DNA of 64,000 nucleotides from Eledone cirrhosa (lineage: Eukaryota). Each line of letters opens with the position of its first letter. The stretch's first letter is position 1. Position numbers and translations under genes: made by a program. Under the pieces are notes generated by a model that saw only the letters and a program-made list of their open reading frames with translations, was not told where the DNA came from and searched no databases. The stretch spans positions 198,214,001-198,278,000 of the forward strand of contig OZ024741.1 in assembly GCA_964016885.1 (NCBI GenBank). The letters run 5' to 3'. Of the stretch, positions 1 to 12,681 are shown piece by piece.

Positions 1-1374
1 GAAACAGGGGGATATTCCAGCACCGACCCTGTTTGCCATATACTTTGCAATGGTTTTCTGTATTGCATTCAGGAATTGCGAGCATGGTGTTTACATCCGA
101 TATCGAACCTCAGGCAGCATATTTAACATCAGGCGCTTTGCTGCGAAGACAAAAGTATTTACATCAGTCATAAGAGACCTCTTGTATGCAGATGATTGCG
201 ATCTTGTAGCGCACACAGAGAGTGATATGCAGCACATTTTGAATGTATTTTCTGACGCTTGCACTGCCCTGGGTTTGACTGTCAGTCTCAAGAAAACCGT
301 CGTCATGTACCAACCTGCACCTGGTAGGCAGTACACTGAACCAAACATCTATGTGTATGGCAAACGACTTGGAGTGGTTGATCAGTTTGTCTACCTGGGA
401 AGCACTGTCAATCGATACGGCAACCTTGACAGTGAAATCTCACTTAGGATTAGGAGGGCAAGTGATGCTTTCGGAAAGCTAGAAAGGCGACTCTGGGGTC
501 GGCGAGACATATGCAGGAGGACAAAGGTAAGGGTGTACAGGGCATGTGTACTCTCTTGTCTTCTTTATGCCTGCGAGACCTGGGTCACATATCGACGCCA
601 CCTTAAGCAATTGGAGCGTTTCCATCAGATGTGTCTCAGACGGATACATGGCGTTCGCTGGAGGGACCACATCAGTGATGTCGAGATTTTGGAAAGCTCT
701 ATGTGTGACAGTATAGAAGCTCTTGTGCTTAAGCAGCGACTCCGTTGGAGTGGTCACCTTGCCAGGATGAAGGATTCTAGAATACCAAAACAACTCTTCT
801 ATGGAGAGTTGGTTAAAGGAAAACGACCGCCACATAAACCAAAAAAGAGGTATAAGGATTCCTTGAAGGCCTCTCTGAAAGACGCTAACATCTCTGCTGA
901 TACATGGGAAAATATTGCTGCTGATCGTAATAAATGGAGAAAGACTGTATATGAGGGAAAAGTTGCCTTTGAGGCATCTCGAATCGCACACGAGAAAGTA
1001 AAGCGGGACGTGAGGAAGGGTATTGCTGTTGCACTTCCAGACGGCGAGGGTCCTCCTATGTTTCTGACATGCAGCGTCTGTGCGAGACTCTGCCTAAGCA
1101 AAGCTGGACTCGAAAGTCATCTTCGCAGTCATAAAGTAAGACCAGTGGTTGACTACCAGGCTGCTGTTGGAGATGCTACTCATCATGCTTGCCAAACATG
1201 TGGTAGAGAATGTAAATCAGCAGGAGGACTCAAGCGACATGCAAAAGTACACGAACTCCAACCACAGCCGACTATTCCCAGTAAATGTTTTGGTTGCCGA
1301 CTCTGTGCAAGACATTTTAGATCATTGGCTGGGCTAAAAAGCCACATTCGATCGCAGCAGTGTTAGTTGCTATC

Positions 1375-1412
<38 letters not shown>

Positions 1413-1491
1413 GCTTATGTGCGTGCGTGTGTGTGTATATATATATGAATATGTATATTATTATTGTTGTTGTCGTTATTATTATTATTGC

Positions 1492-1528
<37 letters not shown>

Positions 1529-1650
1529 GTTATTAATGTATGTGTGTATATATGTGTGAGTGTATGTGTATGTATGTGTGTGTGTATATATGTATGTATG
1601 TGTATGTATGTGTGTGTGTATATATATGTGTATATATATATGTATGTATA

Positions 1651-1683
<33 letters not shown>

Positions 1684-1710
1684 CTTTTCCCTTTTTTTTT
1701 TTTTTTTTTT

Positions 1711-1758
<48 letters not shown>

Positions 1759-1836
1759 TTTTTTTTTTTTTTTTTTTTTTTTATTGTGCAATGGCCATAC
1801 TCGATAACGAGGGGGCAGCCATCATGTATGTATGTA
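1..1836 (+). mobile_element. RTE-clade LINE, 3' part (RT, C-terminal zinc fingers, microsatellite-rich 3' UTR, (TATG)n tail); runs off the window start
   Basis: RT motifs KQGDIPAPTLF and LLYADD. The 3' end GGCCATACTCGATAACGAGGGGGCAGCCATCAT is followed by (GTAT)n. A near-identical copy lies at 50021-51545. Confidence 0.9.
2..1366 (+). CDS. LINE ORF, C-terminal portion: reverse transcriptase plus three C2H2/C2HC-type zinc fingers
   Basis: Frame is open from position 2. Motifs: YADD, FVYLGS, RLRWSGHLARM..RIPKQLFYGEL (RTE-like), CSVC..HLRSH, CQTC..HAKVH, CRLC..HIRSQQC. Confidence 0.88.
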   Translation, partial: KQGDIPAPTLFAIYFAMVFCIAFRNCEHGVYIRYRTSGSIFNIRRFAAKTKVFTSVIRDLLYADDCDLVAHTESDMQHILNVFSDACTALGLTVSLKKTVVMYQPAPGRQYTEPNIYVYGKRLGVVDQFVYLGSTVNRYGNLDSEISLRIRRASDAFGKLERRLWGRRDICRRTKVRVYRACVLSCLLYACETWVTYRRHLKQLERFHQMCLRRIHGVRWRDHISDVEILESSMCDSIEALVLKQRLRWSGHLARMKDSRIPKQLFYGELVKGKRPPHKPKKRYKDSLKASLKDANISADTWENIAADRNKWRKTVYEGKVAFEASRIAHEKVKRDVRKGIAVALPDGEGPPMFLTCSVCARLCLSKAGLESHLRSHKVRPVVDYQAAVGDATHHACQTCGRECKSAGGLKRHAKVHELQPQPTIPSKCFGCRLCARHFRSLAGLKSHIRSQQC

Positions 1837-2608
1837 TGATTGTTGCCAACAATCTCTTTGTAAGGACTTGGGGTGCGATGAAAAATGTTCGTCAGCGATT
1901 TGGAAGGAAGTTCTCGAACGGAGCAGGTGCATGAGTATAGAGAGCATGATCTTTCGGCGTCGGTTGAGGTGGTGCGGTCACGTGGTCCGGATGTCTGATG
2001 ACCGTATTCCAGAGCAACTTCTCTACAGTGAACTGTGTGAAGAAAGGCGACCACCACACAAATCAACAATGCGATGCCGAGACTGTGACAGGGGCACATT
2101 GGCTTGCGCTGGAATTTCATCTGACGAATGGGACAAAATGGCTGAGGAGCGTGTGAAGTGGAGACGTTTGATCAGGTCGGGAGGTGATCATTTTGAAACT
2201 CGTCGAAGGGAGCACCTAACACTGAAAAGGAAGGTGAGGAAAAGGGACTGTTCTGAACTGCCTGCTCGTTTGCCAGCACTGTGGTCGAGTCTACTTGAAC
2301 AAAGCTAGTCTGATAAAACATGAACAAAGTCATATCAGTAGACCTCATGTCGATTATGAACAGCATGATATGAAAAGTTGTAAGAAATGTGGCAAGGAAT
2401 GTGCAAGCATGAGAGGTCTTAAAAGACTTATGAGAACGCAGTTAGAACCAAGCAGTGGAAAATCCCAGAGGAGTCTACAGTTGCCATGTATGTGCCAGAG
2501 GGTGCAAGTCTTTGGCTGGTTTGAAAAGCCACATTCATGCCTCACAAATTTTTTGCATTTTATCGGTCGATGACAATACTCGAACACGAGTTTGCAGCCG
2601 TCATGTAT
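1837..2608 (+). mobile_element. Degenerate 3' fragment of a related RTE LINE with zinc-finger remnants
   Basis: RRLRWCGHVVRMSDDRIPEQLLYSEL and CKKCGKECASMRGLKR. The 3' end ACTCGAACACGAGTTTGCAGCCGTCATGTATG resembles that of the upstream LINE. It starts inside the previous element's tail. Confidence 0.8.
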
Positions 2609-2789
2609 GCGAAAAGTAAACATAAAACAACACAGCAAAACGATAGAACAAGAAAGCTATATATTAGCTTAACGCTTGATATAGTTGGAAAAATCCTCTT
2701 AACGTTATATATATGTGACTATATCAAGCGTTAATATATATCCTACTATATCAAGCGTTAAGCTAATATATACACACACACACACACAC

Positions 2790-2884
<95 letters not shown>

Positions 2885-3079
2885 AGTGGAAGCTTAGTAA
2901 AATCGAAGCTTTGGCTGTGGCCAAGCAAAGTCGACCTACAATAAGGAATGAGTAGCAAAGCACTCAATAAGGGTAGGTCCTTAGAGTAATAACATACGTT
3001 TAAATAGCTTGACAAATTGAAAATTGCGGTAGGTAAAACCCAACCATACAGTACCAAAGTAACGAAAGAACTAATCAGG

Positions 3080-3127
<48 letters not shown>

Positions 3128-3600
3128 AGGGTGTTAAAGTTTGCTTGAAGCATTGTGAAATGTGTAAAATACGTAGTTTAGAAAGCCACAACAATGCAGA
3201 GGGAAATCTCGAGGTAGGAAGTGAATGATAGATAGGAGAAATAGGATAAAGTGAAAATTGAGAGAGACAAAGATGAAAAAATGAAAACAAAACAAAGGTA
3301 GAAGGGTTACCGTAGTGGAGATTTAATCCCAATATTTCGGGCTCACGCCCATCAACGGGGGAAAGTTCCAAAAGGGGGGGAACAGGCTAAGCGGAGAAAG
3401 TTGTGATGTCGTTAAAACAGGAATGCCGTTATGGGGAGAAAAATTATTTAAAATTTAAATGAGGGAAAGAATGCGCGTGCGCGTGATAGGCTGTGGGAAA
3501 AGCTACTGACCAAATGGGTTAAATCAAGAGGGTGCGCTAGCGTGTCGCCTTCTACTCCAGATACGTTGATGACATCCTGATACTTACTTCTTCCCGGGAG

Positions 3601-4483
3601 ATGGCGAATGAAATTCACCAAATCTTCAACGATACTGACCATCACGTCGATTTCACCATCGAACACCCAGGAGAAGACGGGTCACTCGCCCTCCTCGACT
3701 TCCGTATCAACATCTCGGAAGAAGGAGACATAAACACCACCTTCTACCGCAAAGCAGCGTGCAAGGACTTATTTGTGCATTACAACTCAGCCCTCCCCAA
3801 CAACGCTAAGAGAGGCTATGTCCTAAATGAACTGACACGGATCACTAACAGATGCAGCGACCCGATGGGTGGTCTCACCCAGACCACGTAATTCCGTAAT
3901 CTACTCAGGTCTAATGGATATCCCAAGCGACTGATTAACGGAATTAGAGACCCCAGACCCAATAGACAGACACCCACTAGAAACTTAAATAAAAGCAGGT
4001 GCTTCTTTAAAATCCCCCACCTGAGTGAATATACCACGAACGCCATCCGCAGGGCCATACGGACGGAGGGACTTGACATACATTTGGCCCACACAGGACC
4101 TTCGCTGCGAAGATGCCTCTCCAACAAACCCGACGAGTCAGATGGGACGTGTTCCCTCAGCAACTGCCCGATACGGGGGGGCAGATTGCCTACGCACCTA
4201 TGTCGTATATAAGATTCAATGCGATAAATGTAACAAGTTTTACATAGGTAGCACCATCCGACCCCTACATGTTCGTATCAAGGAACATATCAACACCAAC
4301 GCATCTTCCTTCCGTAAACACATCCTTAAATGCGGAAACCCACAGGGTAGACCCTTGGTTACAGTCCTAGCGACTGAACGCAGCATCGGATCCTTAAGGA
4401 TAAAGGAAGCACTTGTTATTAAGAACCTCAGACCCCCACTTAACAACCGGGCTGAGAGAAATGAGCTGACATGGCTAACTTAA
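3601..4483 (+). pseudogene. Disrupted PLE RT-thumb / GIY-YIG endonuclease coding region
   Basis: ORF pieces 3601-3891 and 4025-4483 with a stop and a frameshift; homologous to 44640-45815. Confidence 0.8.
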
Positions 4484-5089
4484 CCATAGTGACCATTCAC
4501 AGCCCTTACGGCCTGCTATTTTCACACACACGCACGTATATGCATACTCATACGCATACACACACACATCTATATTTATACACGCACACATGTTTTTACA
4601 ACCTACCACCTTTCACACCCTTTGATTTCCAGCTTCTACAGCCCACTATCTTTCACACACACACGCACTCACACATATACACACACAGTTACACACACGT
4701 GTATACCCATACGCTTACACACACACATCTATATTTATACATGCACACATGTTTTACAACCTACCACCTTTCACACCCTTTGATTTCCAGCTTCTACAGC
4801 CCACTATCTTTCACACACACACACACTCACACATATACACACTTACACATATACACACACAGTTACACACACATATATATTTACACACACATATTTTACG
4901 GCTTTCACACGCTAGCGCACCCTCTTGATTTAACCCATTTGGTCAGTAGCTTTTGCCACAGCCTATCACGCGCACGCGCATTCTTTCCCTCATTTAAATT
5001 TTAAATAATTTTTTTCCCCATAACGGCATTCCTGTTTTAACGACATCACAACTTTCTCCGCTTAGCCTGTTCCCCCCCTTTTGGAACTT

Positions 5090-5125
5090 TCCCCCGTTGA
5101 TGGGCGTGAGCCCGAAATATTGGGA
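5090..5125 (+). ncRNA. Hammerhead-like motif with variant core CCGUUGA (inverted copy 3327-3362, minus)
   Basis: tccc-CCGTTGA-t-gggc(gtga)gccc-GAAA-ta-TT-ggga, located in the PLE terminal repeat. Confidence 0.45.
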
Positions 5126-5280
5126 TTAAATCTCCACTACGGTAACCCTTCTACCTTTGTTTTGTTTTCATTTTTTCATCTTTGTCTCTCTCAATTTTCA
5201 CTTTATCCTATTTCTCCTATCTATCATTCACTTCCTACCTCGAGATTTCCCTCTGCATTGTTGTGGCTTTCTAAACTACG

Positions 5281-5395
<115 letters not shown>

Positions 5396-5476
5396 ATATT
5401 AATAAATGGAAACTATATTTATAAAACCATAATTATTTTATTATATATTATTTCAACATTTATAAAACAAATTTTG

Positions 5477-5541
5477 TATTTTATCTGATGAAAGCGCACC
5501 AAAACTGCCTTGATTGCCCTTGAAATATATATAATAAAATA
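5477..5541 (+). ncRNA. Minimal type-I hammerhead ribozyme (family copies at 42830-42891 and 58250-58315; degenerate copy 54396-54448 minus)
   Basis: tattttat-CTGATGA-stem II-GAAA-tatata-TA-ataaaata: 8-bp stem I and palindromic stem III. Confidence 0.7.
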
Positions 5542-5750
5542 ATTATGGTTTTATAAATATAGTTTCCACTTATTAATATATTTAATATTTACTCCAGTAA
5601 ACTGTTGAGTGCTTTATATCATTTATAAAACTTTTAAGCTTGTTGAATCCCAACAAATTAAATATAACTTCTGCATGTATATATATATATTTATATATTA
5701 TAATGAAATGACAGGAGGCTGGATTTGTGTAAATCCTTGAAAGGTTTATT

Positions 5751-5808
5751 ATACTATGATCATTTCAATGACCGGGTTCCGTATGAATCCGGTGATATCA
5801 TCAGGTAT
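5751..5808 (-). ncRNA. Type-I hammerhead ribozyme
   Basis: Minus strand: atac-CTGATGA-..accggattc(atacg)gaacccggt..-GAAA-tgatca-TA-gtat. Confidence 0.7.
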
Positions 5809-5876
5809 TCAAAATATAATACGTGAATGTAATAGATAAAATCCATGGGGCTGAAAATCGAGGACCTATATATCGA

Positions 5877-5990
<114 letters not shown>

Positions 5991-6009
5991 CATACATATA
6001 TATATATAT

Positions 6010-6108
<99 letters not shown>

Positions 6109-6491
6109 GATATATATTTATATATATATACATATATATTTATATATATATATATAATTTTCTCGAGTCCAGATGCATCACTGATTTTTCGTTTTTTTTA
6201 TATGAAAAATCAGTGATGCATCTGGACTCGAGAAAATTTGCTCCGAAAGAATTGCGTGTGTCCGAAGGAACCTGCAGCCGTAGAATCAGCCAGATCCATA
6301 CAGTGATCATGTCTCGAGCTACCTGCCGGCGAAAAAATTGTAACACGCAATAAACTGAGTCCAGATGCATCACTGATCTTACGTTTTTTTATACTATTCA
6401 CACTCTGCTCTGTAAGAATATTGAGTGCTAATTTTGGCATACCACCTATGGAAGCACCATAGCTACCATTATACACACGTATATATATATA

Positions 6492-6641
6492 TAACGAAGG
6501 AAATGTGGTAAGGAACCAGATGGACCATAACGCACCAAAGTACTCAATACTTAGGGTAGTAGAGTGGGTAATAGGAACGGGTAGGACCAGAATTAGCCGT
6601 CGAAACGGCTTGAGCTCAGCCGTAGGGGTCCTACCCGTTCA
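6492..6641 (+). repeat. About 150-bp (TA)n-flanked dispersed module (copies 43076-43205 plus, 53478-53625 minus) with an HHR-like fold
   Basis: Shared GGAAATGTGGTAAGGAACCAG..GCACCAAAGTACTCAATACTTAGGGTAGTAGAGTGGG. 14-bp stem GAACGGGTAGGACC/GGTCCTACCCGTTC enclosing GAAA-cggc..gccg-TA. Confidence 0.7.
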
Positions 6642-6714
6642 TATATATATATATATATATATATATACGTGTATAATGGTAGCTATGGTGCTTCCATAGG
6701 CGGTATACCAAAAG

Positions 6715-8380
6715 ATTCACAGCGCCATTTATATTAGACGCAGTTAAACTTATTCTGGAAAACAACACTTTCTTCTTCAATGGAAAGAATTACATCCAAA
6801 TTAGAGACACAGCGATGGGAACGAAGTTTGCTCCCGTTTACGCGAACTCTGTAATGGGATACTTAGAACAACAACTCTATTACCAAGAAATAGAGGAAAA
6901 ATATAGCACTGACTTTAGAAAGTACATTGAAAAATCTTGGAAGAGATACCTTGATGACTGTTTCAGAATCTCTAGATACTCTGGATGAGTTCAATATCCT
7001 CCTGAATAACCTACACCCATCTCTCCAATTCACAAAAGAGACGAGTAGTACCAAATTACCATTCCTAGATATAATGATAATCAAAAACGACATCACCATT
7101 ACCACGGATATATATATTATAAACACACAGACACCTATCAATATCTGAATTTTAAGTCGTGCCATCCACCTCATACAAAACGCAACATCCCATACTGCCT
7201 AGCCAGAAGAATTTGTACCATTGTAGAAGATACGAATACCAGGTACAAACGCCTAACAGAACTAAGAGAATTTTTGCTCAAACAAAAATACCAAGAACTG
7301 GTCATACTATTTATAATGACACACAACCCATGTCACCACAATATCTTCAACGCTGCCAAAGCAAACCTAGCGATCATTGCTCAAAGTAATGAATTAAAAG
7401 TCTTAATCACAGATCGATCTTTGATTCTTAGTAAAAGACAGCCGAAAAATTTGAAGCAATTACTAACAAAAGCAAAGTTTGACCTTAACAACAAAGACCA
7501 ATCATTCACTGTATCTAAATGCAATGATAGTCGATGTGGCCCATGTCAATCCATACACGCCGGTCAATATATGAAAACAAAAACTGGAAAAATATTCCCA
7601 AATGCAAATATGAACTGCAAAAGCAGAAATCTAATTTACTGCATTAAATGCCCGAATTGTGAAGAACTATATGTCGGTCAAACTGGAAATGCACTATCGG
7701 AACGTGCACGGGTACACCGACAGCAAATCAGAGACCCAAATGTCCGTCAGATACCCCTAAGTAACCATCTAGCAGCATGTGGTCAGGGAATATTTATAAT
7801 ATTCCCATTCTACAAATTACACAGCCCAAGTGAAATCAAGAGAAAAATCAAAGAAAAGAATTTTATTGATAAATTCAAACCCAAGCTAAATGAACAATAA
7901 TAATGGGGTATTAATCCTACTATGATTATGACTACGACCACTAACAACAACATTAATAATAATAAAGGTGATGTTGATGGTGATGATTACTAGAAAATGC
8001 TATTTTCATCATTTCTAAAAATAACAAAACAATTGATGCTTTGGATAGGGTCAATTAGGAGTCGTTAGACATGCTCAACCAACCGTGACGTCTAAACCAA
8101 TCAGCTTTAGTAATCCAGTGAAACTACACACCGATTGGTCGAAATACAGTTTGCAAGATTTAGCATTCTGGATCCACTTTTCACTGTATATAAGGCACAA
8201 AATTTACCCATCTCATTACAGTTGAAAATTGCAAACTTGACTGTCACCACAGAATATGAACCTGAAGATTGCGAAAGCATGAAAGTACTTGTTCAATTAA
8301 CACTTAACATTTAATATTCTACCATACTATTTCATTCTAATACCATTATAAATTTTAAAGGATTGTAATAAAACGAGTAA
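6715..8380 (+). mobile_element. Penelope-like element, 5'-truncated and frameshifted, with 3' UTR/pLTR carrying an HHR
   Basis: AMGTKFAPVYA, WKRYLDDC, LPFLDI and the GIY-YIG motif LIYCIKCPNCEELYVGQT..KEKNFI..PKLN. Confidence 0.85.
8257..8295 (+). ncRNA. Minimal hammerhead ribozyme in the PLE 3' region
   Basis: tgaac-CTGAAGA-t-tgc(gaaa)gca-t-GAAA-gtac-TT-gttca. Confidence 0.7.
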
Positions 8381-8435
8381 ATCAGACAAAGCTGGAATTC
8401 CTTTTATTAATATATATATATATATATATATATAT

Positions 8436-9409
8436 AGTAAAAAATTGAACGGGAACAAAACAGAGAGGCAGTACGAACAAAGGTTTATTAGTTTCACGCT
8501 CTTGTGGGGTGGTGGTGGGGAACGACGTTTCGGGCATAAGCCCTTCTTCAGGTGAAAAGTGTGTGGGAAGAGAGTTCCAAGGGTGTGTAGGGGAGTGGTG
8601 GAGAGACATATAGAAAAAAGGGGGTGAGAGGAAACGGTACAAATGAAATTAAATATAAAGGCATGATCAAAATAAAATTAAAAATACACATGGAGTAAAA
8701 CAGGTGGTGGAAGGGTGTGGGGCGTGTGGGGGTGGTGGCGGGTGGAGTGGGGAGAGGGAGACGGGGTGTCCGAGCGGGGAGGGCTGAAGGTGGTGTGTAG
8801 GTGTACGTGTGTGTGTATGTGAAAGTAAGAGTTGGGGGAAGAACGGGGTTGCATGTTCAGGAAGAGGTGTGTGTGGGGTGGGGTGTAGGTCGAAGTGTGT
8901 GTGCGTGTGTGGATAGAGGGGTGGGGGGAGAGGATTCCGGAGGCTGAATGTGTAAATATGTGGTGGTACGCACGTGTGTGTGTGGTGTTTATGCGTGTTG
9001 TGGATGTAGGTGGCGTGTGGGGAAAAAATGTTTGGGGGTGTATATCTGTGGGTGAATCGTTAAGGTAATTCCGTAGATGGTGTGGTGGAATGCTGAGTAA
9101 TATCCTTGGGATGTGGTGGATTCTCGGGATCAAGGTTCACATATGTGTAATCCGTGAAGAGATTGGTCGGAAGAGGGGAGATGTGGGGTGCGCGCGCAAC
9201 AGGAAGTGGTCAGAGGGTCAAGGCAGGAGGAGGGTTGTGTGTCTGTGTGTGCGGGGAGGTGGTCAGAGAGGCATGGCAGCAGTAGGGTAGAATGGTAAGT
9301 GAAGAAAGTCGGTGTGTCAGTGTGTGCGGAGGTGCGGTGGACAGGGGAGAGGATGGGTAGGTGTGAAAGTTGGAGTGTGGAGGGGGTGTGTGTGTATTAG
9401 TAGAGGTGT

Positions 9410-9410
<1 letters not shown>
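8436..9410 (-). repeat. Probable PLE terminal-repeat remnant between (TA)n tracts, with an HHR core at 8521-8556
   Basis: Minus strand CTGAAGA-a-gggc(ttat)gccc-GAAA-cg-TC with weak stem I, plus a CA-rich low-complexity UTR. Confidence 0.45.
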
Positions 9411-9462
<52 letters not shown>

Positions 9463-10028
9463 TCCTTTACTTCTTTTAGTAGACTGCGACCATGCTGAAT
9501 GTATGGGTGTCTAAGTGTTTGTATCTGGATGTGTGTGTCAGTGAGTCAGTGTATATGTATAAGAAGCTGAAGCTTCTCGAATTGTAACTGTATGATCTGG
9601 GTTACCTATTATTCTATTATTTAAACGCGTGGGTAGCAGCGTAAAAATAATTAGGTAAAAATGTCATTAGTCAATACTATGTTTTATACACATGACACTA
9701 AAGACATGAAAACATTACGCGTTTTTCGCCACGGGAATAAATGAAGATTTACGTATACAACGTAAAACACTTAAATAGATGAATGTGAGAAACAGTTAAC
9801 GATGCTTCAGTGATCAATCAATCTCGATGCGGTATTTACTAATCTTATGTTGTTATGTTTGCTAATATTTTTGCTTATATATTGTCATGCTGCTTCAGTA
9901 CTTCAATCGTTTGAATAAACTATAAGACAAAACTGATAGCAACCATTCAAGAAACTTCGGTTTCAGCAATATTCTCTGCAATAAGTATTTGTACTTGTTT
10001 GTAACACAAACGTTCACTAATCTCTCTC

Positions 10029-10075
<47 letters not shown>

Positions 10076-10533
10076 GGACGCGTCTGAAAGGACTGAGGTC
10101 AGACACCTTTCTCTCTGGCCAACAACTGGTCCGTTTCTTCCGATATCATTTCGGAAGAAGGATCAGGATGGAGAGAAAGGTGCTGCACCCCAGCCGTTTC
10201 TATGAAAGATGGGTGAAAGTGGCGAGAATGGCCCGTGTGAATGGGCCTTCACTCTACATCAGACTATACGTGAGGAAGATGAAAGACCAAGGGAGCACCC
10301 CTTCTCTGTGCTCCTGAGGAGAAGGGTTGCACACTTTTTTCGGGGGGGGGTGCGACCCCCCAAGGCGCCTCCTCTCTATTGAGGACTTTGTTATAAATTT
10401 TATTTTTTGTTATATTTTATTTTATTTTTATATATTGTTATTGCCTCCTCCTTATTGAGGACACCTTGTTTTGTAAACTCCCCCATTGTACTTGTCCCAC
10501 TTTTGATGCCCTGGTGGCAAATAAAAGAAACAT
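10076..10533 (+). mobile_element. 5'-truncated 3' end of a Tx1/L1-type LINE inside a (TATC)n tract
   Basis: Clearly similar to 15924-16345. AATAAA lies immediately before (TCTA)n. Confidence 0.85.
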
Positions 10534-10839
10534 ATCTATCTATCTATCTCTATCTCTCTCACTATCTATCTATCTCTATCTCTCCCTCTCTATATATCTA
10601 TCTATCTATCTATCTCTATCTCTCCCTCTCTATCTATCTATCTATCTATCTATCTTGATAGAGTAAGACACGCTTCACATCGGGATTTACCCTTACTATT
10701 GTAAGTACCGGATAAATTTTTCAGTGCAACACATTTGGAACACTAACCCCTGTTATTTAGGGAAACATTTTTGCATTTACCCCCTTTTTAGGGGGTAAAA
10801 TAAATATCTATTTTGCCGAAAAATTTCTTTCTTGGCAGC

Positions 10840-12676
10840 ATGGCGGAAAAGATGGCAGACATGTCTGCCATTAGCTCTGCCACGCCCCCCAAGTCTGAAG
10901 AACAAAAAATAATTACAACAAAATTAGACAATGAAACAAACAAAGAAAATGAAAAAACAAATGTTAAGGAAAATGACCAAACGGAAAACAAACAAACAGA
11001 AAATAATACAAATAACAACAGGGCAACTTTCGCCCAGAAAACAAAACAATCCATTACATACACACCAATTGACCTAACTGCCGCCAGAGAAAAACTGGCC
11101 GAAGCAAAGAAACACATTGTTTTGGGGGAGAACGGAATGTTTTCCATTAACCCCCCCCCCCCCCCCCAGAATTCAAGAAAGAAAGAACAGAGAACACAGT
11201 TCTCTTCAGAACTATACTGAACCAGACAAGAAAGCCAGCACAGCCCAGCCAAATGGAAATAGAGTTAGTCCTAAAAGACTATATGAAGAATATTCTCTTC
11301 ATACGAAAGGACCGACTCTATGGCAGCATTTCGGTCCTAACAAGAGACAAGGAAACGGCGGAGAAGCTTTCCCTAAGCCCACTCTCATCGACAACATACA
11401 GCTTCTATCCCTCCTACATGGGTAGAAGAACACAGAGAGTAAAAGTACAATGCTGCCCACAATGGACTTCTGGTGGGCTATTGCTGGCTTCATAGACATG
11501 GGCGAAGACACAATGCTGTCAATGGGGAAGGCAACTGGAGATGCGTTCCTGGGAATGGGCCTCGACATACTAGTCCAAATGAGGCCCGAAAGAATAGCAC
11601 AAATCCCGGATCGCATCTGGCTGGATGACCTTACCCCAATAGACATAATTGTAGAGGGGAGAAGACCAGCATGCTATTTATGCATGGAAAGGGGACACGT
11701 TAAGGCTAACTGCCCGAAACGTATCCCCCAAAAAGGACTATTGCCCACACCCACCACAAACAGTACACCAACACCACCCACCTCCAAAAATACACTAATA
11801 CCACACACAGCAAACAAAATACAGACACCACCAACCACAAACACAACACAAACATCACCACCACCAGCACCAAACACAAGCACGACACAAAAATCACCAC
11901 CACCAACCACAACACAAACATCACCATCACCAACCACAAGCACGACACAAACATTACCACCACCACCACCACCACAAAACCCATTCCAAACAAATAATAA
12001 AAAAAACAGTAACAAATCTACCCCTCCCGCAAAAAAAAACACCACACAACACGTCCCTCCCACCTAGCGCTGAAGAGTTTCCCCCAACTTCTGAAGAAGA
12101 AGGAGGAGAAGCCTTCAGACAAGTTAAAAGAAAAAAAAGAAAACACACACCCAGCACACCACAAATAACCCACACACAAACACCAACTCCAATCAAAAAC
12201 ACCCCACCCTCAACAAACAAAAATAAATCTGCGCCTCCCCTCTCCGAAACATTGACAGCATCACAAAAAAAGACGTTGCAATACACATATATAAATAAAG
12301 AAAACAAAAAACTGGTTAAATTAATAAACAATAACCCTATGGTGCAGACCGAAGGGCCAAACTTTATCTCAACAGAGAACTTCACCCATTTAAAAATGAT
12401 AAAGGTCCCTCTGGACCTTTATCGTTCCTTAAAAGAACAATTTAGACGGGACGTGAGCCCCCCCCCTGTTTAAAACCGTTGAATCGCGTCCTCTTGAAAG
12501 ATTTCCCCATAACCGCCCCTCTCCCTGACACAACTCCAAATACCCCAACCCCACCACACACGTGTACCCCCACACCACCACAAAACATCCCTCCACCCAA
12601 CACACCTGATGCCATGGAAATTACGCAACCCGGAGAGGTAGGTGCTTTTCTTTCTTCACTTTCAACACCAAAATAG
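10840..12676 (+). pseudogene. ORF1 (gag-like, zinc knuckle CYLCMERGHVKANC, Pro/Thr-rich), frameshifted
   Basis: Pieces in several frames. Several shifts fall at homopolymers (C run near 11151-11167, A run near 12031, C run near 12458). Confidence 0.75.
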
Positions 12677-12681
12677 ATCAA

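Noticed and set aside
2895-2940. Hairpin CGAAGCTTT.G..GCCAAGC, also near 39305-39340, as a ribozyme
   Set aside because: Core boxes are not recognisable. At most it is a highly decayed HHR.
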